Notes: a model not told the origin generated them from the sequence alone. Shown: positions 17,601 through 25,069, counted from the stretch's first letter. The stretch is DNA of 37,450 bases from an uncultured Methanosarcinales archaeon (GCA_964510025.1 CAZDZV010000001.1:127949-165398), one strand, 5' to 3'. Numbers and translations: made by a program.

Positions 17601-20600
17601 GGAACCGTCCTTAACAAGTTCGATGTGGTAATTCTTCGCTTGTTCTGAGATAGGATAGTCAAAATCCTTTCCTTTGCTGGATTCAGAACCTGCTGCCAGC
17701 GACATGCTTAGCTTAAAGTTATGGTCTTCAACCGGCAACTCCCTTTCCAGTTTCTGATCAATAATCATTGTTGGTAGGCTGAGCATTAGCAATGCTGTAA
17801 GTTTATGGTTTCTTAGAAGGCTGACTGCACCTTTTGGATATTTTAATGCTGCTGCCCCAAAGCCAATCTGAGCAATGTCAGAACCTTCAAAGTCACCATC
17901 CAGAGCTGCATCACTGATAAAATACAATCCTGCTGCAGCTGGCAGGGCTCTTTCCATTATGCGATGATATCCTGATAGCTCACCGGCGCTAAGCTTGTCC
18001 ATTGCATCCATCATCTGCCTCAATGTTTTTCTTGGGATTGAATCCAGGGTTTCTGCTGTTGCCTTGAGAAGATTTGACTGTGCGAGCTCCGGAAGCTCAG
18101 ATAATGATTCCACCACTTTCAGGCTTTTTTTAGATAGCTGGTTCCTTAACTGCCTTGCAACAGCAGCATCTGATCCCCTAAAAGAAGCCATAAATGCTTC
18201 AACTGCTTCACGTCTTCTCAGAAGCTTCATCTGGGCCCTAGTCAGCTTTCCGGTTAATAACGCGACATCATCCACTTTGTCAATTATTTCCTTTCCTATC
18301 TGAGTGGTAACCTGCCCAGACAGATGCCGGGTGGATGCTTTGGCTGCCCTTCTTATCGAAGTTTCGCTCATAGAAGCTATAACCTTGTCAAGATTTTCTG
18401 AATTTCTAAGCGCTTGCCTGATCCTTTCCCTATTCATGGAACCGCCGATGATATTTCTGATTCTTTCATAGCCCACTGCTTCTATTATATCCTCTGGCTC
18501 TGCAAAATCCAAAAGTCTTCTAGCGAACACATCGCTTGAGTCTACCAGCTGCTCTCCGTGTTTTGCCAATGTTGCGCCTATCACCTGCTCCAAAGCTGTC
18601 CTTGAGACAGAACCATCCCTGGCAACCAATTTTCCTGCTTCTTCCACAAGCTCATCAATCTGGGATTTTGAAAGCTTAGCCAGGAAATCATCATCGATAT
18701 TTGTCAAGACAGCCTCCAAAAGCTTTTTCTTCATTAGATTCTGGGCTGTATTTCCTCTTGCCCAACCGATAAAGCGCTTTATGGTACTCACCAAAAGCAT
18801 CTGAGATGTACCGTGAGCCCAGGCTGCCTTCAAAGTCTCTTTTGACAGCCTTTTTGTACCCTCTTTCGCGAAATGCTCCTTAACAACATTCTTTAATCCT
18901 CCTCCCGGACCCATAGCAAAATTTATTGCTCCTGAAGCTAAGATGACGGGGATGTTCCAGCTAAAATAGTCGGACTGCCAGTATGCCTCTTCTCCTTCTG
19001 GAAATTTCTCAAAATAAGCTATATAGTATGGGTCCCCTATGCCCTGCACAAAATGCTCAATAAGATTTTCTTCAAGATCATATTGTGGAAGATGGAACTG
19101 GGTTATCTTGCAGGAAAATTTGGAAGATATGGATTTAATCTTGCAGTCCTTTTCCGGGTTTCCTGTAACGACAATGCTGTCTGGCGTATATGAATTTGAC
19201 GCACAGAGATGAAATTGTGATTCCTTGGTTAGTTCTCCAACCTTCCATACAAAGTTTTCCGCATCCAGCCAACCGGCCCCAGCCAGGTCTTTGCCGAGAT
19301 CTGAGGATCTTTCCAGCGCCCTCTTATAGCTGTCTTTGGTAATGGTCCCTTCAAAGTCAGCTGGCACCGAAAACTTGGAGCAAAGGACATTTTTCTTGTC
19401 ATAAAGCTCGAACTTGTTCCAGCAGTCATTTGATTTTTTTGCAAGCAGAAACAGCGCCTTGTCTATTGTCAGGGTCTTATCGTCATCCCCCCTGAATGTT
19501 TCCAGCTTAGAATCCGACAGCCCCTCAGAGCATTCTACGCACGTATCCCCATACAGGACACCAGTACAGGCTGTAAAACCTAATGGACTTATTGAAGGCT
19601 CTAGTTTGCAGTCCACAATGCTGTCAGTCAGAAGTATGCTGTCTGGCGTCGTTTCTGCGGTAGCACATATATATATCTTAGAAAGCATTCCTTTCCGGAT
19701 CTCCCCCAGCTTCCAGTTATAGTTATTAGCTGCAAATCCCCATGATACTGTTCCAGCAATATCTCCCCCGAGGTCTGAATATTCTGATAGCGCTTCCTGG
19801 AACTCTCCTTCAGTTAATGTGCCTTCGAACTCAGATGGAACGCTAAACTCCTCGCATAGGATATTTTCATCAAGGTTTCTTTTAAATTTCGTCCAGCAAG
19901 CCACAGTTGATTCTGCAAGCTGCCTGATCGTTTGTGATTTATCCTTATCAAGAGTTTTTTTCTTTACTTCTAGTTCATTTTCGTTCAACCTGACATTGCT
20001 GAATCTGGTGCCTTTATTATTTTCAAGAGGGCATTTTGAAGCTTTTTTTGTAAGAAATATCTCATCTCCTGCTGCGTTATCTGCGCAGATGTAGAAATCA
20101 CCTGTAGATCGGGTCAATTTGCCCAACTGCCATTCAAATTGCTCACCTGCATAGCCAATCCATATATTTCTTCCGGCTAAATCATCTCCAAGCTTGCCGG
20201 AATTATCCAACTGAGTCCTGAATTCTCCTTGTTTTATGGTCCATGCTGCTCCTGATGGTATTGACACCCTACTGCACAAGACATTCTGCTTCCGGTTTGC
20301 TGTAAATTCTCTCCAGCAGGCTTTCGTGGCCTCCACCAGCTGGTCTATAGCCTTTTCTTTGCTGGTTGAGAGTGATATGGATGGAAGGTCATCTGGTATT
20401 TCTGCAGCAAGACCTGTGGAAATAAGGCTGAATGCTGCGCCCACAGAAGACTCTATCGGGGTTTTAGGCTTAGCCTTTTTGATATACCCTGGAGGGCACC
20501 ACTCTTCTGGATTCTCCATATCCCATCCAGCCTTACCTAGCGCCATGCTGTTTACAGCGCACTGCAGGGCTGCCATGGAGCAGTCAGGCACATCCACACA

Positions 20601-20762
20601 GCCTGTGCCATAGACAAAATCCGATGTGTCCTCCGATACCGTTATGCCAAGAAAGGGCCTAGCGCCTTTCCAGATTGTCGAGCTGAAAATTCCTACCCCC
20701 ACAAAGAGTATAGCCATCACTAGTATAACAGACACTATGAAATCCAATTTTGCATTTTTCAA
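14613..20762 (-). CDS. Giant (2049 aa) surface protein: pilin-like N-terminus, three Cys-containing repeats, helical region with hydrophobic segments, two Trp/Tyr-rich repeats, C-terminal hydrophobic hairpin
   Basis: Uninterrupted ORF with a TTG start 2 nt after the upstream stop. MKNA|KLDFIVSVILVMAILFVGVGIF is an atypical class III-like N-terminus. The internal repeats are visible in the translation. Confidence 0.85.
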   Translation of the reverse strand: MKNAKLDFIVSVILVMAILFVGVGIFSSTIWKGARPFLGITVSEDTSDFVYGTGCVDVPDCSMAALQCAVNSMALGKAGWDMENPEEWCPPGYIKKAKPKTPIESSVGAAFSLISTGLAAEIPDDLPSISLSTSKEKAIDQLVEATKACWREFTANRKQNVLCSRVSIPSGAAWTIKQGEFRTQLDNSGKLGDDLAGRNIWIGYAGEQFEWQLGKLTRSTGDFYICADNAAGDEIFLTKKASKCPLENNKGTRFSNVRLNENELEVKKKTLDKDKSQTIRQLAESTVACWTKFKRNLDENILCEEFSVPSEFEGTLTEGEFQEALSEYSDLGGDIAGTVSWGFAANNYNWKLGEIRKGMLSKIYICATAETTPDSILLTDSIVDCKLEPSISPLGFTACTGVLYGDTCVECSEGLSDSKLETFRGDDDKTLTIDKALFLLAKKSNDCWNKFELYDKKNVLCSKFSVPADFEGTITKDSYKRALERSSDLGKDLAGAGWLDAENFVWKVGELTKESQFHLCASNSYTPDSIVVTGNPEKDCKIKSISSKFSCKITQFHLPQYDLEENLIEHFVQGIGDPYYIAYFEKFPEGEEAYWQSDYFSWNIPVILASGAINFAMGPGGGLKNVVKEHFAKEGTKRLSKETLKAAWAHGTSQMLLVSTIKRFIGWARGNTAQNLMKKKLLEAVLTNIDDDFLAKLSKSQIDELVEEAGKLVARDGSVSRTALEQVIGATLAKHGEQLVDSSDVFARRLLDFAEPEDIIEAVGYERIRNIIGGSMNRERIRQALRNSENLDKVIASMSETSIRRAAKASTRHLSGQVTTQIGKEIIDKVDDVALLTGKLTRAQMKLLRRREAVEAFMASFRGSDAAVARQLRNQLSKKSLKVVESLSELPELAQSNLLKATAETLDSIPRKTLRQMMDAMDKLSAGELSGYHRIMERALPAAAGLYFISDAALDGDFEGSDIAQIGFGAAALKYPKGAVSLLRNHKLTALLMLSLPTMIIDQKLERELPVEDHNFKLSMSLAAGSESSKGKDFDYPISEQAKNYHIELVKDGSQSPKRFHLVSPCKTDLYLKMENSECRLAKDVSQYDIWDFGQGPVPVKSSTVDYTIDELAAVKKIQTLKQDIEKKKKEMSGNDPSGMPTDFYVSPYEEEGIYFRENWDWVDGSDVNGNPDWQYKLDSGALIGLDENKELWMHNSFLNVWQRFPFRYEPQYRYHWTGKDWIKRDSEGYFIGREQNPASADFHKDARMPYSWYLGKLNRKTQTSSVDQEIHNAQIDILTENIRRYKADFYDRNLGRYASSPYEEEEFYDKFQWQWIDAEDVKGYPGWKYKLDNGDILALDAKKDMWRYNSALGLWAPMPKYENYVDENGKYNKPGYTYLWTGTTLLARDSRGWVIGKTGLDSYGNIPHMGYFWYAETMKDNSGSEDHPEFRILEKLQKAREATEKCNPGYDESFFMYCCEYDYTNSNPTEYQLVADGGACEDIGHFEDDVFIAESGPVYITDARAELVELQKCGVKSRIKDYGACTEAIELYNDILYEDRLESEYRDRRRTADARLNDNSKYYDAYYEDIFSGYDEETQNALLEAEESLLNIYRSALSSEELFRMLGKSTQDQAVYRYKDESGNYKSLAFKYGQHHYADISTWEGVNSHPDCKGKEWECKMEALWRTGKFGTTNKAHKNGAMLDAFHAFLDANVLGNPSFEFLMDYVPFDRTPGQKNKNPNYYQWQYQWTSADIAMYLQYRVKDCQEISYIVQTIPLFYKWYGFDNPDEMSSFVSGCIDPKSSNIIFPIYLEQKKVPHYSGFRPRWTSPEAFDNYVIPELRRIEADKNFGDDDFLELFAKKRFYQARADALAKSRNAAGISALIKGQYEQATEEDFKEYEKISNLLQKKFDGIINVADSTKICQKPESEFWDVTMKDRFWDKPLMYTPQSIRAIPDMFPYQDEEFNYCFSSPRSAASQAAYWGAMASAVFLDPVVASIAGFMTGDAIIAPRIALAAKAMVEAAAIEWAEDQRSWPNHDLQGIKEEEEEETSEYSSMDLYPGTSGFFVQ
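16570..17335 (-). repeat. Two tandem Trp/Tyr-rich protein repeats within the giant gene
   Basis: SPYEEE..W.W.D..DV.G.P.W.YKLD.G....LD..K..W..NS.L..W...P...Y.WTG.....RDS.G..IG occurs twice. Confidence 0.85.
19140..20360 (-). repeat. Three ~110-aa protein repeats within the giant gene
   Basis: L......CW..F......N.LC...S.P.....T........L......LG.D.AG...W..G......C......D.I..T......C at about aa 135-245, 275-387 and 432-541. Confidence 0.88.
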
Positions 20763-20764
20763 TT

Positions 20765-21223
20765 TCAGCTGGCCCGTATTTCTATCTTATTCTGAAGTTT
20801 ATATACCCTTAGATTCATCACTTTTATATCTTCGTCGTATTCTATGTATTGGTTATCTGCAATCAACGATACGAGCTTGGAGTTCTTTATCGGTTCTCTT
20901 ACCAGACGGTCTTCACAGTCTTCTTTCTGCCTGCAAATACAGATATCATTCTCCACCTTCCTTTCCAGTTTCTTATCACACATGACCTTAAGATACAGCT
21001 TTGGCTGGACGTAGAAAGGAACAGTCTTTTCTTCGCCATCCTCCAGGGTATTGAGCTCGTAAACAAGATTATCGAATGAGTTTGTTGTTGCTTGTGTTGG
21101 ATTATTAAGGAATATGCCCCATAGCTTCACAAAAAATCCTATAAATGCAAAGAACAGAATGCCTACAAGAACAAAACCAATGATCGTCTTCAAGGATATC
21201 TCTATCTCTGCTTTATTATTCAT
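20765..21223 (-). CDS. Class III signal peptide (pilin-like) protein
   Basis: MNNKA|EIEISLKTIIGFVLVGILFFAFIGFF, followed by a small Cys-containing head (CIC...C). Confidence 0.8.
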   Translation of the reverse strand: MNNKAEIEISLKTIIGFVLVGILFFAFIGFFVKLWGIFLNNPTQATTNSFDNLVYELNTLEDGEEKTVPFYVQPKLYLKVMCDKKLERKVENDICICRQKEDCEDRLVREPIKNSKLVSLIADNQYIEYDEDIKVMNLRVYKLQNKIEIRAS

Positions 21224-21224
21224 T

Positions 21225-21623
21225 TTAAGGGCAGCAGCAGTATCTCTTTGCTTCTGAATTAGCCTTGATAACCTTATCCTTGACTCTTCCGGCTATCCTA
21301 TGGTTCGGCATAGTATCGCTGCATTCCAGAACTCCATTGGCATCAGCTCTTGCAGGCTGGCAGCTGCCTGATTTATCAATGACGTTGCAGCTCTCAGCAT
21401 CTTCTTCTATGCAGTCTTGCCCCCTGATATAGGCCTGCATACACCAAGCTGCATCATTTGCCTCCTTGCCAGCCTCATCAGCAGGCTTCTGCAGGTCTTT
21501 AGACGACCTTCCAATAAAACCTGTGTAAACAGCCAGCATAACTATAAGTATCACCAAAGCCAGAGCTGCTACAACAATATAGTTAAAAGTAAGGCTAATA
21601 CCTCTTTTTTTCAAATAAAACAC
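21225..21623 (-). CDS. Archaeal type IV pilin-like protein with a Cys-rich head
   Basis: KKRG|ISLTFNYIVVAALALVILIVMLAVYTG, ending YCCCP. Paralogous to the 22030-22299 gene. The true start may be TTG at 21614, after an AGGTG SD. Confidence 0.82.
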   Translation of the reverse strand: MFYLKKRGISLTFNYIVVAALALVILIVMLAVYTGFIGRSSKDLQKPADEAGKEANDAAWCMQAYIRGQDCIEEDAESCNVIDKSGSCQPARADANGVLECSDTMPNHRIAGRVKDKVIKANSEAKRYCCCP

Positions 21624-21648
21624 CTATGGTAAATTTTGGTGGAAGTAA

Positions 21649-21662
21649 TATATAAAGGTTTT
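21649..21662 (-). promoter_or_regulatory. BRE-TATA promoter (AAAACCTTTATATA)
   Basis: About 26-39 nt upstream of 21623. It shares the AAACCTTT core with the promoters at 22347-22360 and 25053-25067. Confidence 0.6.
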
Positions 21663-21801
21663 TATGAGAACGCAGCATATAAAGAACTGATGTCTATAAC
21701 TTCCTTTAAAACAAAAAGCTTTATTATAAGAAAAATAAGAATAACTATTGAAATAATGGCTTCTGCAATCCTAGCCCAGGTTACATCAGAGATACATGGG
21801 T

Positions 21802-22027
21802 TCATGATAGCTTGCAATAAGCGCCGTACTTTCCCGTTTCACAAACTGATGTGCTGATTCCTGCGCAAGAAACAGTCCCTGAGCAAGTATTTGGATCAGA
21901 AGCTGAACCAGACCCCTGAACCGAGCAGCCTACATCCCTGCATACTTCCATATCATTTATGGAACTACAGGTCGCTCCATCTTCTGCAACACACACGCTT
22001 AAACCTTAATCCCTGAGCTTTTTTCAT
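21802..22027 (-). pseudogene. Pilin paralog lacking the hydrophobic helix and frameshifted (pseudogene, silent cassette or assembly artefact)
   Basis: The ATG at 22027 begins 23 nt identical to the start of the upstream pilin and reads MKKAQGLRFKRVCCRRWSDL*. A different frame reads GLSVCVAEDGATC...YCKLS, a Cys-rich pilin-type head. No hydrophobic segment lies between them. Confidence 0.7.
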
Positions 22028-22299
22028 GGTCATTCCACACAACAGCAAGTGAGAGTCTGAACATCCCCATTTGCATCTCGATAGCTCACACTCCTGATTG
22101 GCTCATCTCCTGTACCACAGGCTTTTTTTGCTGAACCAATTGCCTTGCAGATATCATCACAGTTTTTTTCTGCTTCCTGCAGTCCCTGAGTAAAAACTCC
22201 CATCCTGCCTGTAAATATGGCCCATAGAACAATAAGCACTATCAGCGCAATAGCTGCAACTATAATAACATTAAGGCTTAATCCCTGAGCTTTTTTCAT
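22005..22299. repeat. 23-bp exact direct repeat (22005-22027 and 22277-22299)
   Basis: CTTAATCCCTGAGCTTTTTTCAT at both positions. It encodes MKKAQGL on the minus strand. Confidence 0.95.
22030..22299 (-). CDS. Archaeal type IV pilin, candidate major pilin
   Basis: MKKA|QGLSLNVIIVAAIALIVLIVLWAIFTG, ending TCCCVE. It has its own promoter and a strong GAGGTG SD, which place the start at 22299. Confidence 0.85.
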   Translation of the reverse strand: MKKAQGLSLNVIIVAAIALIVLIVLWAIFTGRMGVFTQGLQEAEKNCDDICKAIGSAKKACGTGDEPIRSVSYRDANGDVQTLTCCCVE

Positions 22300-22346
22300 C
22301 AGCAACACCTCTTATTAATTATTATGCTATAATCTGCAGGAATTGG

Positions 22347-22360
22347 TATTTAAAGGTTTC
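22347..22360 (-). promoter_or_regulatory. BRE-TATA promoter (GAAACCTTTAAATA)
   Basis: Consensus-like archaeal promoter upstream of the pilin at 22299. Confidence 0.65.
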
Positions 22361-22365
22361 GATAT

Positions 22366-22932
22366 TTATTCAAGAACCACAAATATCCCAAATGAGCCAT
22401 GGTAGCTGGAGCTTGCTGTATAGTACCGGTAACCAGCTTTCGTGTTCTTGAAATACGCTGTGTTATTTATCCAGGAATGACTTCTATCATGCCATACACC
22501 CAATAGAACATCATCCTTCTCTATCAGATTGTCGTTCAGCCACCATGCAGGCAGCTTAAAGGTAACAAGTATGTTGTCAATATAATCATCTGGTATAGCA
22601 GAAAACCCCCTCTCATCCTCATATTCAAATGTCATCCTAAAAAGCTTATAAGTTAGGATGCCCATAGGCTGCAGCCCAGGATCTTCAGCCTCTTTAGACA
22701 TCCTGACATTGCTCAATTCTGTATTAAGCTCAAGCCTAACCTCTTCAATATAGCTAAGTTCCAAAGCATCGATAATGTCGCTCTTATCAAATGCTTTTAT
22801 CCTGCCAGGCTGTGCTGTTTGCTTGCTTATCCCCGTAAAAGGGGCAATCGAGGCATATAGCTTCGGCGCAATTGTATATGCAAGTATAAATACCAAAACA
22901 AGCACAACCACTGCTGATGTAGTCTTGTCCAT
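22366..22932 (-). CDS. Membrane-anchored protein with a PGF-pre-PGF-like domain
   Basis: N-terminal transmembrane helix. The C-terminal pattern ILVTFKLPAWWLNDN.I....V.L..W.....W...T.......YYTA....GSFGI resembles the PGF-pre-PGF domain. The start is 22932 or 22941. Confidence 0.65.
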   Translation of the reverse strand: MDKTTSAVVVLVLVFILAYTIAPKLYASIAPFTGISKQTAQPGRIKAFDKSDIIDALELSYIEEVRLELNTELSNVRMSKEAEDPGLQPMGILTYKLFRMTFEYEDERGFSAIPDDYIDNILVTFKLPAWWLNDNLIEKDDVLLGVWHDRSHSWINNTAYFKNTKAGYRYYTASSSYHGSFGIFVVLE

Positions 22933-22942
22933 GCCTAACATT

Positions 22943-23095
22943 CTATCTTCCGAAGGTTACTATCTCCCTAAGCTTATCCCAAATCAGGTTTGTTTTGTTT
23001 CCCAAAAGACCCACAATAACAATCAAAACCAGAATTATAATAAGTATCAGGATTAGCTTACCAACAACTTCCCATCCCCAAGCTCCTCTTTTCAT
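22943..23095 (-). CDS. 50-aa minimal pilin-like protein (absent from the ORF track)
   Basis: MKRG|AWGWEVVGKLILILIIILVLIVIVGLLGNKTNLIWDKLREIVTFGR*. It has an ATGA overlap with the upstream stop and fills the intergenic gap exactly. Confidence 0.82.
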   Translation of the reverse strand: MKRGAWGWEVVGKLILILIIILVLIVIVGLLGNKTNLIWDKLREIVTFGR

Positions 23096-24015
23096 ATTTC
23101 TTCCTCCCATGGATCCTTATCCGGATTTTTACCAAGATTCTTGCATACTTCCGTAAGGGAGTCTGACTCGGCGGGTATTAACATTATAGCAACAGAGTCC
23201 AAATAACCTATATTTTCATCCAGATAATCCCCTGCTGTAGCACCTGCAAGTATGCCAGTACCAATCAGAGCTATCTTCACTATCTTCATCTTGCCGCCAA
23301 CAGCCAGCCTGCCAACCCACATTAAAGGTGCAAGAACAGTCTTTCCGGCAAGACCAGCTCCCAAAGCTCCTCCTCCTGCGCCCACCCACTTCCAGAACCC
23401 TATCTCGCTTCTCTCAAAAGTCGCTAAATATACTATATAATAATTCTCTTTAGTGTCTATGATGAATTCTTTTTCTGCAGCAAGCCTATCCTGAATCTCA
23501 TCTGAAGGCTTAATTCCATTGAAAAATTCATAGTATGTCCTTTGTCCCTGAACAAAGGATTCTGTTGAGCGGGTAAACAGCCCTTCAAGTTGTTTCCCCC
23601 CAAACCCTGGATCAAAAGATATATTAGAACAGATTACACAAATGTTGTCAACTTTCCATTGGGTAAAGGGGTTCCAGTTAACCTCACCGTATGAGTAGCC
23701 ATATTCTGAGCCACAGATATATTGATGGTAAAGTATCTCATCAAGAGCATTATTTCTTATCTCATCTTCTGTTTTACCCTTTGGCCTAACTACCACCTGT
23801 TCTGTAGGACATGCATTAGCCAACTCCATCCTAGATTCTCTGGTTATTGGATTTTTGGCTATTGAGGCAATCTTAACATGGGAAGAGCATCTTTCTGCTT
23901 TTGCAGTGGTGCCAGAAAGATTAGTTGCCTGAAAAAATATGGGCAGCACTATGAGAAGTACAATCAACGCCAGTATACCCTCCTTTATGTAGTCTTCTTG
24001 GGCGTGCTTGTTCAT
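23092..24015 (-). CDS. Class III signal peptide protein with a Cys-containing domain and a glycine-zipper hydrophobic hairpin
   Basis: MNKHA|QEDYIKEGILALIVLLIVLPIFF. Later segment WVGAGGGALGAGLAG...IALIGTGILAGATAG. Confidence 0.8.
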   Translation of the reverse strand: MNKHAQEDYIKEGILALIVLLIVLPIFFQATNLSGTTAKAERCSSHVKIASIAKNPITRESRMELANACPTEQVVVRPKGKTEDEIRNNALDEILYHQYICGSEYGYSYGEVNWNPFTQWKVDNICVICSNISFDPGFGGKQLEGLFTRSTESFVQGQRTYYEFFNGIKPSDEIQDRLAAEKEFIIDTKENYYIVYLATFERSEIGFWKWVGAGGGALGAGLAGKTVLAPLMWVGRLAVGGKMKIVKIALIGTGILAGATAGDYLDENIGYLDSVAIMLIPAESDSLTEVCKNLGKNPDKDPWEEEI

Positions 24016-24911
24016 CCTTGCAACACATCACATCCCAGATCTGCAACCTCTGAATATTTTGCGATAAATACCCTTGCCGGAGGCACTGATTTTTCATATA
24101 CTTTAAGCGCTTCTGCTCCTGCATCGATCAGTTTCTTAATCCAGTGCTGATTCCAGTAGTAATCACTAACCTGAAAGAAGACAATAGCATAGTCCTCGTT
24201 CTGGTATAATTTAGCAGGATCGGGCTGCTGAATCTCAAAGCTTTCCATAAAAATATCGTACAGGCCGTAAATGTCCAAGTCAGTCAGCTTGGCTGTCCCT
24301 CTAACCAAATAATATTCTGCCCAGTCAGCCCAGTCTTCTCCCACATACTTAAAATTCATATGCTTTACGATAATAACAGGCATGTCCCTTCTTGTTTTCT
24401 GCTCATCCAAATCCCAGATAAGCCCCCTGTCCAGAAAAGCGAAATATGTTGATTGCTTACTCTTAATATGATTCTCCTTTAGAAAATCCAAGAATTCGGT
24501 CTCGGTGACAGCTAAATCCGGTGCCATCTTGAATTTTGCAGAAATGAAGCAATGAGCTGGCTTTTCTGCCATGCTACCTGAAAACACGTCATAGTGGCCT
24601 TCACCGAACTGATACCATGCTTCATACATAAGATCCGCTATCCAGCGCATTATGTAATCCTTTTTCTCAGCCTTGGAGCTGCCCTTTGCCTTCAGCTTGC
24701 CAACAAAGTTGGTAAAACACTCAAGATCCAGCGCTTCTGTTGGTGTCCCCCTTGTGCTTGCTGTAGCCTTAACAGAAAGCAGACAGGCTGTGGCTCTGCC
24801 TGAATGTATAAACATCTCAGCGATAGAGTTGGTAAGCAAGAACAGTATGATAAAGACGACAAGCACTATTATTATTGTCTGCAGGTCCCAAAATCCCTTT
24901 CTTGATTTCAT
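24012..24911 (-). CDS. Class III signal peptide protein, paralog of the 23092-24015 gene
   Basis: MKSRKG|FWDLQTIIIVLVVFIILFLL. It shares the C-x3-VK, C-x-T, C-x-I, TY-x2-F, Y-x-IV and terminal Cys pattern with the neighbouring gene. Confidence 0.8.
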   Translation of the reverse strand: MKSRKGFWDLQTIIIVLVVFIILFLLTNSIAEMFIHSGRATACLLSVKATASTRGTPTEALDLECFTNFVGKLKAKGSSKAEKKDYIMRWIADLMYEAWYQFGEGHYDVFSGSMAEKPAHCFISAKFKMAPDLAVTETEFLDFLKENHIKSKQSTYFAFLDRGLIWDLDEQKTRRDMPVIIVKHMNFKYVGEDWADWAEYYLVRGTAKLTDLDIYGLYDIFMESFEIQQPDPAKLYQNEDYAIVFFQVSDYYWNQHWIKKLIDAGAEALKVYEKSVPPARVFIAKYSEVADLGCDVLQG

Positions 24912-25027
24912 GTTATCCTAAGATGCTCCTGCATCTTGACTATTATCAGATAGAGGCAGAATCCAACTATAACGGCAATTATTATCATAAGCAAGGCTGT
25001 CCATTGTGTTTTTGCGGCTGAATTCAT
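24908..25027 (-). CDS. 39-aa single-helix membrane or pilin-like microprotein (absent from the ORF track)
   Basis: MNSAAKTQWTALLMIIIAVIVGFCLYLIIVKMQEHLRIT*. Its stop overlaps the next start (ATGA), and a promoter-like GAAACCTTTTTTAAG lies about 26 nt upstream. Confidence 0.7.
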   Translation of the reverse strand: MNSAAKTQWTALLMIIIAVIVGFCLYLIIVKMQEHLRIT

Positions 25028-25052
25028 TTTCAACAGAACCTTTGTTTTTGTC

Positions 25053-25067
25053 CTTAAAAAAGGTTTC
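25053..25067 (-). promoter_or_regulatory. BRE-TATA-like promoter (GAAACCTTTTTTAAG)
   Basis: Spacing fits a leaderless transcript starting at ATG 25027. The T-run could also serve as terminator of the upstream operon. Confidence 0.45.
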
Positions 25068-25069
25068 TA

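Noticed and set aside
21636..21857. 73-aa plus-strand ORF in the gap between pilin genes
   Set aside because: AT-rich promoter/terminator DNA, antisense to the cluster, with no recognisable features.
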